A stretch of DNA of 64,000 bases from Planctomycetota bacterium. Its GTDB lineage: Bacteria > Planctomycetota > B15-G4. Below, piece after piece: positions 1 through 10,932 of this stretch. Numbering within the stretch: position 1 is the stretch's first letter; each line of letters opens with the position of its first letter. Below the pieces are notes generated by a model. The model was not told where the DNA came from, did not search any database, and saw only the letters and a program-made list of their open reading frames with translations. The stretch lies in the NCBI GenBank assembly GCA_021604805.1, contig BQJR01000002.1, positions 133,078 to 197,077 on the forward strand, in the 5' to 3' direction. The translations under genes were made by a program, and so were the position numbers.

Positions 1-1657
1 TCGGCCCGCCTGCGCCTGCGCGAAGAGCCAGCGACGCGCTCGCGGGATGCAGCGCGTGCAGCTTGTCACGACTCATGTCGACGCCGCCCCGGAACGACCC
101 GGCCAGCAAGCCGAGCACCACGAGCGCGACCACGCTCACCGGCACGATCCCCGTGAACACGCGCAAGCCACCGCGCGCGCGCCGCCCCCAGCGCGAGGCG
201 CCACGCAACAGCGGCAAGAGCAGCAACACCGGCAGTGCGCCGAGGCACAACAAGCGCCAAGCCACGCGTTGTTCCGACGGGAGCGGCGGCAAGGGCGGCG
301 GCGGCGCGAGCCCTGCGCCGCGTAACACGCGCCGTTCGGGACGCAGCTGTTCGTCGAGCAAGACTTGCAGCAGGCGTTCGTGCGCCATGCCGATCACTGG
401 CAAGAACGCGTCTTGGAAGGGGCTCGCCGCCGCGCTCGCCAGCAGCGTGCCGCGCCACGGATCGGCGTGACGCAACTGCACGAGCAGCGCCTGCTTCGCG
501 AGCGGCTCACCCTGCTCGTGCGTGAGCGCGATGAGCGGGATGCGGTCGCCTTGCAGCACTTGCGTCCAGCTGCGGTCGGAGGTCGTGGCGAGCACGTCGG
601 CCGACCAACCGCTCGCGGCCAGGCGCTGCTCGTCGGGACGCAGCGCCGTGGGCGTCATGAACAAGAGGTGCCCGTTGGGCTCGCCGGGCAGCGCGTGGAA
701 GTCTTGGTCGAGCGCGATGCTCGTGATGCGGAAGGGTGTGGGTACGAGCGTGTCGCCCACCGGCATCGGCGCCGAGTTCTCGTCGAGCAGCAGCGCTTCG
801 ACGGGCTGCAGACCGAAGGGTTCGTAGAGCGTGCGCGCGCCCATCTGTGCGTCGTCGATCACGAGGGAGCGCATCTCGCCGGAGCCGTCGAGCGAGGGCG
901 CCTGTTCGCTGCCGGCGACCAACACGCTGCCGCCCTCTTCGAGGAAGCGCTCCAGTTCGGCGACTCGTTCGGGAGTGACGTTGCGCGGCTCGAGCCACCA
1001 GAGCAGGTCGGCGTGGTCGAGCGGGGTGTCGCCGGGGAGCACGCTGCCACGTTCGGCGAGACGTTCGCGCAGCAGGTCGTAGCCGCGCTCGGGTGCGCGC
1101 AACACGATGCGCGCCGGGCGCGGCGACTCGAGCTCGTCGAGCTGCTCCACGATGAGCGACTGCAGGCGCGGTAGGTGTTCGGGACCCAGGCCGCGCAGCG
1201 AGCTCGGCGCGCGCGGGCCGTAAGCGATCGTGAGCGTGGACCAGACTTCGCGCTCGCTCCACGCGTCGTCGCGCAACTCACGCACACGCCGCGGCGAGAT
1301 GCGACGCTTGGCCGCGAAGCGCGCGAGCTCGGGATCGCTGCCGGGATCCAGCACGCGGTAGGTCACGCGCCCCTTCGAAGCCTCGGCCAGCGACGCGAGC
1401 AGGTCGCTCACGTCGCGCCGCAAATGGCGCAAAGCCGGCGGCATCTGCTCGGGCGCGCTCACGTAGTAGTTGAACTGCACCGGGTGCGTGAGCGTGTCGA
1501 GCCGTGCGCGCAACTCGGGCGACACGACCACGAGCTTGTTCGGCCCCAGCTCCACGCGCAGCCCGCGCGCGTGCTCCGAGAGCGCCACCAATCCGGCCAG
1601 CAGCGCCAGCCCGAAGACCAGCCGCAACGTGAGCTCGACGACGCCGGAGGCTCTCAT
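1..1657 (-). CDS. GldG-like ABC-transporter auxiliary protein, partial (C-terminal end beyond left window edge)
   Basis: Absent from the ORF track because it has no stop in the window. I checked every minus-strand codon from ATG 1655-1657 down to position 2 and found no stop. The ATG overlaps the upstream permease stop (ATGA). Translation begins MRASGVVELTLRLVFGLALLAGLVALSEHARGLRVELGPNKLVVVSPELRARLDTLTHPVQFNYYVS. It has an N-terminal TM helix, a GldG-type N-domain and late TM segments (ALPVLLLLPLL, IVPVSVVALVVLGLLAG). Confidence 0.75.
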   Translation of the reverse strand, partial: MRASGVVELTLRLVFGLALLAGLVALSEHARGLRVELGPNKLVVVSPELRARLDTLTHPVQFNYYVSAPEQMPPALRHLRRDVSDLLASLAEASKGRVTYRVLDPGSDPELARFAAKRRISPRRVRELRDDAWSEREVWSTLTIAYGPRAPSSLRGLGPEHLPRLQSLIVEQLDELESPRPARIVLRAPERGYDLLRERLAERGSVLPGDTPLDHADLLWWLEPRNVTPERVAELERFLEEGGSVLVAGSEQAPSLDGSGEMRSLVIDDAQMGARTLYEPFGLQPVEALLLDENSAPMPVGDTLVPTPFRITSIALDQDFHALPGEPNGHLLFMTPTALRPDEQRLAASGWSADVLATTSDRSWTQVLQGDRIPLIALTHEQGEPLAKQALLVQLRHADPWRGTLLASAAASPFQDAFLPVIGMAHERLLQVLLDEQLRPERRVLRGAGLAPPPPLPPLPSEQRVAWRLLCLGALPVLLLLPLLRGASRWGRRARGGLRVFTGIVPVSVVALVVLGLLAGSFRGGVDMSRDKLHALHPASASLALRAGAGGP

Positions 1658-2417
1658 CCCCGCTTGCGCTCGAGCACCCACGCGTTGAGCGCGAGGAACA
1701 ACACGCAGGCGCCGAGCACGTGCACGAGCGCCGGCACGCCGAGCAGTCCGCGCACGAAGGACTCGAAGGCCGGCAGCGCCGAGAGGTGTTCGCGCATCCA
1801 GGTGCCGGGCGCGCTCACGTCGGCCAAGCCATCGAGCACGGCCACGACGCGGTCGTCACCCAAGAGCACGAGCGTGAGACCGAGCACCGTGGTGGACACG
1901 AAGGCCACGATCTGATCGGCGCACAACGAGGACACGAGCATGCCCAGCGCGATGAGCTCGGCGCCGAGCAGCAAGGTGCCGAGCAGGCCGCTCAGGATCA
2001 GGCCGCCGTCGGGCGCACCGAGGCTCCACAACATCACGATCACGGGCAGTGCCGCCGCCACGAACAGGCCCAGCAGCAGCAGCGCCGCCAAGTACTTGCC
2101 GAGCACCGCCTGTCCCGCGCGGATCGGCATCGTGAGCAACATCTCGAGCGTGCGTTGTTTGCGCTCCTCGGCCCACAGCCGCATGGTCACGGCCGGCAGG
2201 AACACGGGCAGCAGCAGCGGCATGAGGTCGAACCACGGCCCCATGTCGACGCGCCCACTCAGGAAGAACTCGTTCATGAAGATCGAGTTCGCCAGCAGCG
2301 TGAAGGCGATGGCCGAGATCATCGCGATGCGGCCTTCGAACAAGCCACCGACTTCGCGACCGGCCACGGTGAACACGCCCGACCAGAAAGGCACGGCGCG
2401 CGAACGGGTGTGCGGCT

Positions 2418-2421
<4 letters not shown>
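1654..2421 (-). CDS. ABC-2 type transporter permease
   Basis: This is the C-terminal ~255 codons of ORF 1654..3045. It is multi-TM and ABC-2-like (FWSGVFTVAGREVGGLFEGRIAMISAIAFTLLANSIFMNEFF, TMPIRAGQAVLGKYLAAL). The upstream part of the ORF is Arg/Pro-rich read-through over the ATPase gene. Start placed at TTG 2421, overlapping the ATPase stop. An internal ATG (MISAIAF) is an alternative start. Confidence 0.8.
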
Positions 2422-3191
<770 letters not shown>

Positions 3192-3303
3192 GGGCGCCTG
3201 GGGTGTTTCGAGAGTGCGTGCGGTGCGCGCCGGGTAGCGCACGTTGCGCGACCGCGAGGCAGGCGACGAGTATAGGTCGCGGAGGGCGACGCCCGAAGAG
3301 GGC

Positions 3304-4665
3304 TCAGCCGTCGTCGCCCTCGGAACCGAGTTCGGCTGCAGGAGACGTGTCGGTGTCGGGCTCGGTGTCGGACTCGGTGTCGGGCTCGCCGTTGGCGTCG
3401 GGCTTGGTATCGGAGTCGGGCTCGGTGTCGGAGTCGGGCTCGCCATCGGTGTCGCCATCGGGCTCGGTGCCGGGAGCGGGCAACTCGCCGGCGGAGCTCT
3501 CTGCGGCCGGCGTTTCGGGCGCGAGTTCAACCGGCGGCTCGGGGTCTGGCAAGGGCTGCAGCAGATCGTCCCAGTTGGTGCGCAAGGCCTCGGCCGACGT
3601 GGCGCTCACCACGTAGGTCCACGCGCCGCGCTCCACGTGCAGGGCTTGGGCCTCCCCGTTCAGCGCGGCGGCGCTGCCCTCGAGCGCGGAGAAGGTGAGT
3701 TGGAGCCGGTGCTCGCTGCCGATGCGCGCGATCGCCGCCGCGATCACCAAACCGTCGTGGGTGGTGAAGCTTGCGTTCCAGCGCTCGTCGACTTGATCGA
3801 GTTCGGGCTCCAGCGCCACGCGTTGCATGCTCAGCGAAGCCAGCGCGTCGGCCAGACGCTCCAAGGGTGCGGCGTCGCGCAAGTTGCGATCCTCCGGCAC
3901 GTTCGCCACGCGCCACGCCGCGCTCGACGGCTCGGGCGGCACGGACGCGACGCTCGCGGCCTCGCCCGTCTCGGACTCCCCTGCTTCGGTCTCGGCATCG
4001 GGGTCGGCATCGGGCAACGCTTCGCGCTCCAGCAGCAACGGCTCGCCGTCGCGCGTGCTGATCTCCACGGCGGCCATGTCCTCCGCCGGGCGCGCGAGCA
4101 ACTGCAGGCTGACCCACTGCGCAGGATCCGAGGCAGGACGCCGCGCACCGTCGATCAACCAGGTTTGCGACGCGTCGCTCAGGCGCGCGTTCAATCGATG
4201 CGTGCGCGGCGGGCCACGCACGCTGCTGCCCAACACGACATCCGCGAGCGACGCGCCGGCCTCGTCGGACAAGCGCACGCGCAGGGCATCGCTGTCGGGG
4301 GCCGCCGGCTGCTCCACGCCGAGCAAGTGATGTCGTGCGGCGAGCGCCGTGCGCGCTTGCATGCGCGTGGCGTCGGCGAGCGACACGACCAACTCCTTCA
4401 CACTGTCGGCTTTGGCCGGGAACTCCTGCCAGGTCGCGAGCTGCCAGTCGTTGCCGTCGCGCTCGAGCACGAGCTCGCCCTCGGCACTGTTCAGCTCCAC
4501 GCGTGCCACGTCGTTGATCGACGCGGCGAGCGCGGGCAGCAATGCCTCGCCCAGCCCTTCAGGCGCAGCGCCGACGCTCGACTCCGAAGCCAGCGACGCG
4601 ATCGCAGCCGACGTCGCCAACACGGTGACCACCAACAACACGATGAACGCACGAGAGCTGTTCAT
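3304..4665 (-). CDS. DUF4340-like secreted/anchored protein with acidic Asp/Glu/Thr/Pro-rich C-terminal tail
   Basis: Starts at an internal ATG (MNSSRAFIVLLVVTVLATSAA) with an ATGA overlap to the gldG-like stop. It sits directly after a GldG-like gene, as is typical for DUF4340 (family call from memory). The C-terminus carries EPDSDTEPDSDTKPDANGEPDTESDTEPDTDT repeats. Confidence 0.7.
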   Translation of the reverse strand: MNSSRAFIVLLVVTVLATSAAIASLASESSVGAAPEGLGEALLPALAASINDVARVELNSAEGELVLERDGNDWQLATWQEFPAKADSVKELVVSLADATRMQARTALAARHHLLGVEQPAAPDSDALRVRLSDEAGASLADVVLGSSVRGPPRTHRLNARLSDASQTWLIDGARRPASDPAQWVSLQLLARPAEDMAAVEISTRDGEPLLLEREALPDADPDAETEAGESETGEAASVASVPPEPSSAAWRVANVPEDRNLRDAAPLERLADALASLSMQRVALEPELDQVDERWNASFTTHDGLVIAAAIARIGSEHRLQLTFSALEGSAAALNGEAQALHVERGAWTYVVSATSAEALRTNWDDLLQPLPDPEPPVELAPETPAAESSAGELPAPGTEPDGDTDGEPDSDTEPDSDTKPDANGEPDTESDTEPDTDTSPAAELGSEGDDG

Positions 4666-6656
4666 GACGCACGCACTCCACGACGACGCATGAGACCGAG
4701 CGCCCCCGCCACAGCGAGCAGCAACAAGGGCACACCCAAGATGTTCAGCGCTTTGAGCCAAGCTTGCAGGCCTTCGACATCGGCGCGCAGCTCGGCGCGC
4801 GTCTCGCGCAGCAACTTGCGCGTCTCGATCTGCTTCGCGCGGAAGCTCTCGATCTCCTCGGCCTGCTCGGGCGTGAGCAACAGGTTGCTGCCGTCCTCGC
4901 GCTGGGATTGCAGTTCGTTGAGCCTGCGTTCCGTGGACGACAGATCGGCCTGCAAGCGCTGTTCCTCTTGCAAGTGACGCTGCTCCGCGAGCTCACGCCG
5001 CCGCTCGAGTTCGGTGAAGCTGCGCGCCTGGCCGGTGCGCCCGCGGATGCCGAGCAGCGCCGGGTCGCCGCCCAGACTGTCGAGCTGGTTCAACACGAGT
5101 GAGCCGTTGTCGGCGGCCACCGTGAGGTAGCCGAAGGACTCGGCGGTCCAGTTCGCGTCGGCGAGCAGGTCGACGTCGGTGAACACGACCACGTGGCTCT
5201 CGCCGCGCGAACTCGTGAGCTGCGGGCCGCGCGGGTCGCTGGGTTCGGCGTCGGCGCTCTCGTGTTCGGTCTCGGCGTTGCTCGGCGGCGTGAAGCGGTC
5301 CTCGACCTCGGCTTCGCTGGGGGAGGCGTCGGCGTCGGGCAGCGGCGGCGGCCCGTCGGGGAAGGCCGTGTGGAAGGTGCCGTCGATGCGCGCGGCGAGC
5401 GTGAGTGCTTCGCCGCCGGGTTGGTAGTCGCGCAACAAGCCCTTGGGATCGGGGAAGAAGCGCAAGTGACCGGCTTGCAGTTCGCTCGCGTCGGCGCTGC
5501 TCGTCATGAGCGGGGTGACCGCGGCGCTGGCGTCGTCGCGCGGGCGCAGCAGGCCGGGCGACGAGAGGTTCAGGCGTTGCAGGCGCGACACGCTGGGTTC
5601 GTCGTCGGGCAATTGATCGGGACCCAACTCGAGCCAGACCACGTACTCGAGAACTTCCGGGCGTTGACGATCGCCCACGTTCACGCGCGCGGCGAGCGAG
5701 CGGTCGCCGACCACGGTTTCGGTGCTGAAGTCCACGCCCCAGGCGGAGAGCAACGGGCCGAGATCACTCGAGCGCGGCGCGCCCATCGAGGCCATCGGGT
5801 TGCTCGGGTCTTGCGGCGGTTGCTCCACCTCCGCGTGCGGGTCCACGAAGACCAGCGCGCGTCCGCCGCCGAGCACGAACTGGTCGATGGCGTAGAGCGT
5901 CACCTCGGACAGCAGCTTCGGGTGCACGAGCCAGAGCACGTCGACATCGTCGGGCACACTCTCGAACTCTTGACCGAGATCGCGCACCTCGAACCGTTCG
6001 CGCACGTACTCGACCACCGCCCAGCTCGGTTGCGCGGGCGGCGCGCCGGGCATCGGCAGCGCCTCGCGACCGAGCATCGGCAAGCTCGTGACCAAACCCA
6101 CCACCGGCTTCTCGAGCGCGTCGAGCTTGGCCAGGAAGCGCGAGACCTCGAACTCCACGAAGTCCGCGCGGAAGGGATCCAGGAAGGGGATCACTTCTTG
6201 TTCGCCCAGCGCGTTCGTGGCGACGAGCCCGAAGTAGAGCCGGTCGCCGATGGTGTTCGCGGGCAGGCCCACGAGCCCGGCGGCCACGGCTTCGTCTTCG
6301 ACTTCGCTGAAGGGTTCGGGGTCGAGCTCGACCACGCGCAGCTTGCCGCCGCTCTCGGCTTCGTACTCGCGCAGCATCTCTTGCACGCGGCTGGCGTGCG
6401 CGATGATCTTCTGCGCGACCTCACCGGCCACGGCCGGGATGTTGCGCGCCACGCTCGACGAGTAGTAGAGCTGCACGGTGATCGGCTCGGCGAGCTGCGC
6501 CGCGATGTGACGGCTGCCGTCGCTGAGCGTGTAGAGCTCGTCGGCGGTGAGGTCGAGGCGTGCGCCGGCGAGTTGATCGTCGGACAACACCGTGAGTGAG
6601 AGGTAGAGCAGGGCGGCGAGCAGCACGCCGGCTCCGGAGTAGACGCTGCGCTTCAT
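4662..6656 (-). CDS. GldG-like ABC-transporter auxiliary component
   Basis: 664 aa. N-terminal TM helix (VLLAALLYLSLTVL), then LDLTADELYTLSDGS...ITVQLYYSS as in GldG. A C-terminal coiled stretch and a TM anchor (LNILGVPLLLLAVAGALGL). It follows an ABC ATPase and permease. Confidence 0.85.
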   Translation of the reverse strand: MKRSVYSGAGVLLAALLYLSLTVLSDDQLAGARLDLTADELYTLSDGSRHIAAQLAEPITVQLYYSSSVARNIPAVAGEVAQKIIAHASRVQEMLREYEAESGGKLRVVELDPEPFSEVEDEAVAAGLVGLPANTIGDRLYFGLVATNALGEQEVIPFLDPFRADFVEFEVSRFLAKLDALEKPVVGLVTSLPMLGREALPMPGAPPAQPSWAVVEYVRERFEVRDLGQEFESVPDDVDVLWLVHPKLLSEVTLYAIDQFVLGGGRALVFVDPHAEVEQPPQDPSNPMASMGAPRSSDLGPLLSAWGVDFSTETVVGDRSLAARVNVGDRQRPEVLEYVVWLELGPDQLPDDEPSVSRLQRLNLSSPGLLRPRDDASAAVTPLMTSSADASELQAGHLRFFPDPKGLLRDYQPGGEALTLAARIDGTFHTAFPDGPPPLPDADASPSEAEVEDRFTPPSNAETEHESADAEPSDPRGPQLTSSRGESHVVVFTDVDLLADANWTAESFGYLTVAADNGSLVLNQLDSLGGDPALLGIRGRTGQARSFTELERRRELAEQRHLQEEQRLQADLSSTERRLNELQSQREDGSNLLLTPEQAEEIESFRAKQIETRKLLRETRAELRADVEGLQAWLKALNILGVPLLLLAVAGALGLMRRRGVRAS

Positions 6657-6657
6657 C

Positions 6658-7392
6658 TCAGTTGGCCTTGCGTCGTTGGAGGATGGCGGCGTTGAGGAAC
6701 AACCAGAACGCCATGCTGAGCAGGAAGAACACGAGGTCGCGCAGCTCGAACACGCCTTGGGCGATGGCCTCGAAGCGCGTCATGAAGCTGAGCGAGGCGA
6801 CGGTCTCCACGAGCGCGTCGGGCGCCCAACCGGAGAAGGCGTCGAGCACCACGGGCCAACCGGCGAGCGTGATCAACAAGCTGGCCATCAAGCTCAGCAC
6901 GAAGGCCACGACCTGGTTGCGCGTGAGTGCGGAAAACGCTGCGCCCACCGACAAATACGCGCCCGCCATGAGCGCGCTGCCCAGGTAACCGGCGAGGATC
7001 ACGCCGTGGTCGGGCTCGCCGAGGTAGCTGACGGTGAGCCACATCGGGAGCGTGCCGACCAGCGCCGCGAGCAGGAACAACCAGGCCGCGAGGAACTTGC
7101 CGAACACCGCTTGTTGCATGGTGACGGGCAGCGTCATGAGCAACTCGATCGTGCCGCTGCTGCGCTCTTCGGCCCACAGTCGCATGGAGATCGCGGGCAC
7201 GAGCAACATGTAGAGCCACGGGTGGTACTTGAAGAAGGCCGAGAGATCGGCGCTGTTCAGCTCGAAGAAGCCGCCTTGGTTGAAGGTGAGGATTCCCGCG
7301 AGCGCCAAGAAGATGACGAGGAACACCCAGGCGACCGGGGTGGCGAAGTAGCCGCGCAACTCGCGGCGCGCGATGTGCATCACGACGCTCAT
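6658..7392 (-). CDS. ABC-2 type transporter permease (GldF-like)
   Basis: Starts at an internal ATG of ORF 6658..7653 (MSVVMHIARRELRGYFATPVAWVFLVIFLALAG). ATGA overlap with the upstream ATPase stop. Multi-TM. Confidence 0.9.
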   Translation of the reverse strand: MSVVMHIARRELRGYFATPVAWVFLVIFLALAGILTFNQGGFFELNSADLSAFFKYHPWLYMLLVPAISMRLWAEERSSGTIELLMTLPVTMQQAVFGKFLAAWLFLLAALVGTLPMWLTVSYLGEPDHGVILAGYLGSALMAGAYLSVGAAFSALTRNQVVAFVLSLMASLLITLAGWPVVLDAFSGWAPDALVETVASLSFMTRFEAIAQGVFELRDLVFFLLSMAFWLFLNAAILQRRKAN

Positions 7393-8252
7393 GCGCGTTC
7401 CTCCGAGTCGGGTGCAGACCCATCGGCGGCGGCGGGCGGCGTGTCGCCAGGCTGCGCCGTGTCGACGGCCCGCGCGTCGCCGCGCCCTGAACCCGACGAC
7501 ATCATGAACGCGGCGGGCTTCTCGTCGCGCGGGGCTTGCACGGTGGTGAGCTTGCGGAACACGTCGTCGAGGCGGCGGGGATCGGGGGACAGACCCTCGG
7601 GCGTGTCGTCGACCACCATGCGCCCGTTGGCGATGATGATCACGCGCGTGCACACGGCGAAGACCTCTTCGAGGATGTGCGTGGACAGGATGATGGCTTT
7701 GTCTTTGCCCATCTCGCGGATCAGCGCGCGGACTTCGTGCTTCTGGTTCGGGTCGAGACCGTCGGTGGGCTCGTCGAGGATCAACACCTCGGGGTCGTGC
7801 AGGATCGCCTGCGCCAGGCCCACGCGACGTTTGAAGCCTTTGGAGAGCGTCTCGATGCGCTGGTGCAGCACGCCGTGCAGCTGGGTGCGCGCCACGGCGC
7901 GGTCGACCTGCTCCTGCACCTGGCTGCCCCGCGCGCCGCGCACACCGGCCACGAACTGCAGGAAGCTGAGCGGTGTCATCTCGGCGTAGCTGGGCGCGCC
8001 TTCGGGCAGGTAACCGAGCGCGCGTTTGAGTGCGAGCGGCTCGCGCAGCACGTCGTGGCCGGCCACGCGCGCGGTGCCCGAACTCGGCGGCAGGAAGCCC
8101 GTGAGCATCTTCATGGTCGTCGACTTGCCGGCGCCGTTCGGGCCCAGGAAGCCCAGCACTTCGCCGCGGTCGACGGAGAAAGTCAGATCGTTCACGACCG
8201 TCGTCGACCCGAAGGTCTTGCTCAGGTGATCGATCTCAACGAGTTGAGACAT
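7389..8252 (-). CDS. ABC transporter ATP-binding protein (GldA-like)
   Basis: MSQLVEIDHLSKTFG. Walker A GPNGAGKSTT, signature LSKGFKRRVGLA, Walker B LILDEPTDGLD. First gene of the ABC/GldG operon. Confidence 0.93.
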   Translation of the reverse strand: MSQLVEIDHLSKTFGSTTVVNDLTFSVDRGEVLGFLGPNGAGKSTTMKMLTGFLPPSSGTARVAGHDVLREPLALKRALGYLPEGAPSYAEMTPLSFLQFVAGVRGARGSQVQEQVDRAVARTQLHGVLHQRIETLSKGFKRRVGLAQAILHDPEVLILDEPTDGLDPNQKHEVRALIREMGKDKAIILSTHILEEVFAVCTRVIIIANGRMVVDDTPEGLSPDPRRLDDVFRKLTTVQAPRDEKPAAFMMSSGSGRGDARAVDTAQPGDTPPAAADGSAPDSEERA

Positions 8253-8601
8253 GGCCAGCTACCCGGTGTTGCGAGGGATGAGATGGACGCGTGTTGTTCG
8301 GGGTCGGTCGGTGCCCACGGCGGGCCTTGCCCACCTTGCCGCCGGGGACGGGAGTCCGTCGACCGGGCAGCCACCGAAAGCTTCGAGGTGTTCTGTCGCG
8401 CGGCCCTACGTACTGGGTCCGCGTGGTGTGGGATGGTACGAAACGAGACAGGGCGAGGTGAACGGCGTCGCCCCGTGAACTCACGTCGGGGGATCGAACT
8501 GCGCGCGGAGCTCGCTGGGACAGCGGCTGGGAATCAGCGTGCGCGTGCGGGCTTCTCAGCAGCGAAGAGCGTGACGGCGGGCCGCGTGGCGCGGGGACGC
8601 C

Positions 8602-10932
8602 TCAGTCCACGTCGATCGCGCCGGACTCCAGCGCGCCACTGCGCGCCTCACCGCTGAAGTCTTCGCTCACGGCGTGAGTCGCGGAACCGGCGCCGAGGAT
8701 CGGGCTGCCCGCGACCGGCGTGGCGTCTTGATCGCTGCCGTCCCAGGCCATGTCGACGAAATCGCTGAGGCCGCCGCCGGTGATCGCACCGCCGCCCGGT
8801 GCGCCCGAAGTGCTGCCGCGCAACACGTTGCCGGCCCAGGCCACGCCGCTGCTGCCGGAGCCGAAGGTCACCGACTGGTTGTCCTCGCTGTACACGACGT
8901 TGTTGGCGAAGACCATGCCGGCGCGCCCGCCCCAGTCGGCCAGGTGCGCCCCCTTGTCTTTCGTGACGATCGTGTTGTGCACGAACACGAGGTCGCGCGT
9001 GTTGCCTTGATGGTCGTGGCTCTGGAAGCCGGTGCTGCCGCCCATGATCAGGTTGTTGCGCACGATGGCTTCGCCCTGCACTTGCAGCACTTGGTTCGTG
9101 TCGCCGCGCAGACGGTTGCGCTCGATCAGGTTCACCGCGTTGCCGTCGGTGCCGTAGGCGATGATCGCGGGGAAGCGCGTGTCGTGCACGTCGTTCTCCA
9201 CGATCCAGTTGCCCCAGCTGCCTTGCTTGACCTCGATGCCGTCGCCCTGACTGCCCTCGGTGTCGTGCACGTGGTTCAGCGCGATCACCGACTCGCTCAT
9301 CACGTGCGCCGAGTTGTTCGCGCCGAGGTACATGCCCTCGCCGGTGCCGTTGGTGCCGACCGAGATGTGATGGATGTGGTTGCGCGTGATGTAGAGGTGG
9401 TCGGTGTCGGCGGTGTTCGCCGTGATCGCGTTCTCGGGCGTGTCGTGGATCTCGTTGTCGTCGATCCACAGGTTCGACGCCGCGCCGATGCGCATGCCGG
9501 CCGAGCCGCCGGTGATCTCGAAGCCGCGCCACACGCCGTAGTCGCCCGCGGGGTTCATCACGTTCTGGCTGGCGTCGGGACGCGTGAGGATCGGCTTGGC
9601 GCCCTCGGCCGCCACCACCCACACGGGCGCTTGCGCCGTGCCGTGGAACACCGGGCTGAACTTGCTCGGGATCGACCAGGTGCCCGCGCCGACCACGAGC
9701 ATGTCGCCGGCTTGCAGTGAGCCGACCGCGTTCTTGAGGGCCGTGCCGTTGGCGGTCGAGCTGGCGCCGGCGTCGTAGTTCAGCGTGATCGTGTTGAGCG
9801 GCGCGATGTCGGCCCAGGCGGGATCGTAGGGAGAGGCGGCAGGTTCGCCGCTGCCGCCACTGCTGCCGCCGTCGCCGGGTTCGCCATCGCCGGGTTCGTC
9901 GTCACCGGGATCGACTTGGCCGTCGCTGTCGCCTTCGGAAGTCGTCGTCACTTCGATCGGGTTGCTCGGCGCGCCGAGTTCGCCGCCCACCACGGCCGCC
10001 ACGATGGCGTGGAAGGTGAAGCCCTCGGGCAGACCGTTCACCACGTGCGGACTGCTCACGTCGTCGATCAAGTTGCCGGTTTCGGGCGACACCCCCGCTT
10101 GCGTGGACCAGAACAACTGGTAGCTCTGAGCGTCGTCGATCGCGGAGAAGGTGAGCACGACCTGGTGCGCATTCGAGAGCGCGGCGAGCTGCGGGCCCGA
10201 GCTCGATTGCGCGAAGTGACCGGGGTCGAGTTGCTCCAACTTCGAAGCCAGCGACGATTGCTTGGCCTCGTTCTTGTCGATCTTCTTGCCGAGCTTGGCG
10301 AGCAACTTGGCGGCCTTCTTGCTGGCTTTCTTAGCGGCCTTGAAACCCTTCTTGGCGGCCTTCAACTCGAGCTTGGCGGCCTTCACAGCGAGGTTGCGCG
10401 CGGCGATCTCCTGCGCGGTGCTCGCGGGCAGCGCGAGCGCGTCGGCCAACCCGACTTCGGCGTCGGCGAGCAGACTCTCGGCGAACGAGAGTGCGATCAC
10501 CGCGGTGGCTGCGGCGACTTCGGCGGCTTCGTGATCGGCTTCGAGCTCCACCAGCGCAGCCTGCTTCGCGAGCAACTTCGCGTCGAGCTTGTCGACTTTC
10601 TTCTGGAGCTTAGGAGTGAGCGCCGCGAACTCGGACACGCCGGCTTGCAAGCTCAGGTCAAGTGAACGCTCGAACGCGCGCGGCGTCTGCGCAAGCGGGC
10701 GCGGCGAGGACGACCCAACGAACACAGGCAAGGCTTCACCCGCTGACGACGCCCCGTTGCGTGCGGCGGAGCGCGCGGCCTCCCCGGCACCGAGAACCCG
10801 CGCCGTGTCGAGCGTGCGCGTGTCGAACTCGAGCGTGTCGAGGCCGGGACGCACCACCGCCAGCGTCGCCAGCAACACGGCAAGCACCGACGCGCTGCCC
10901 AGCAGCACGAGGAGGCGAGGTGATCGATTCAT
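8602..10932 (-). CDS. Secreted right-handed parallel beta-helix repeat protein with N-terminal coiled coil and FN3-like domain
   Basis: Starts at an internal ATG (MNRSPRLLVLLGSASVLAVLLA, signal-like) of ORF 8602..11265. It contains a Lys/Ala-rich coiled-coil segment, an FN3-like block (SYQLFWSTQAGVSPETG...VAAVVGGELGAPSNPIEV), a Gly/Asp/Glu/Pro-rich linker and repeated beta-helix turns (NHIHHI, NHVHDT, NDVHDT, NNLIMGG, NNVVYS). Confidence 0.75.
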   Translation of the reverse strand: MNRSPRLLVLLGSASVLAVLLATLAVVRPGLDTLEFDTRTLDTARVLGAGEAARSAARNGASSAGEALPVFVGSSSPRPLAQTPRAFERSLDLSLQAGVSEFAALTPKLQKKVDKLDAKLLAKQAALVELEADHEAAEVAAATAVIALSFAESLLADAEVGLADALALPASTAQEIAARNLAVKAAKLELKAAKKGFKAAKKASKKAAKLLAKLGKKIDKNEAKQSSLASKLEQLDPGHFAQSSSGPQLAALSNAHQVVLTFSAIDDAQSYQLFWSTQAGVSPETGNLIDDVSSPHVVNGLPEGFTFHAIVAAVVGGELGAPSNPIEVTTTSEGDSDGQVDPGDDEPGDGEPGDGGSSGGSGEPAASPYDPAWADIAPLNTITLNYDAGASSTANGTALKNAVGSLQAGDMLVVGAGTWSIPSKFSPVFHGTAQAPVWVVAAEGAKPILTRPDASQNVMNPAGDYGVWRGFEITGGSAGMRIGAASNLWIDDNEIHDTPENAITANTADTDHLYITRNHIHHISVGTNGTGEGMYLGANNSAHVMSESVIALNHVHDTEGSQGDGIEVKQGSWGNWIVENDVHDTRFPAIIAYGTDGNAVNLIERNRLRGDTNQVLQVQGEAIVRNNLIMGGSTGFQSHDHQGNTRDLVFVHNTIVTKDKGAHLADWGGRAGMVFANNVVYSEDNQSVTFGSGSSGVAWAGNVLRGSTSGAPGGGAITGGGLSDFVDMAWDGSDQDATPVAGSPILGAGSATHAVSEDFSGEARSGALESGAIDVD

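Noticed and set aside
365-1915. Plus-strand ORFs 365..1174 and 1175..1915
   Set aside because: They are shadows of the unlisted minus-strand GldG-like gene (open frame 2-1657) and of the permease. Their products are Arg/Glu/His-rich without membrane or domain features.
3244-4977. 577-aa plus-strand ORF
   Set aside because: It is antisense to the DUF4340-like gene and the gldG-like 3' end. It has an Arg/Gly/Ala-rich composition. The minus-strand genes are coupled by ATGA overlaps and have sensible signal and TM features.
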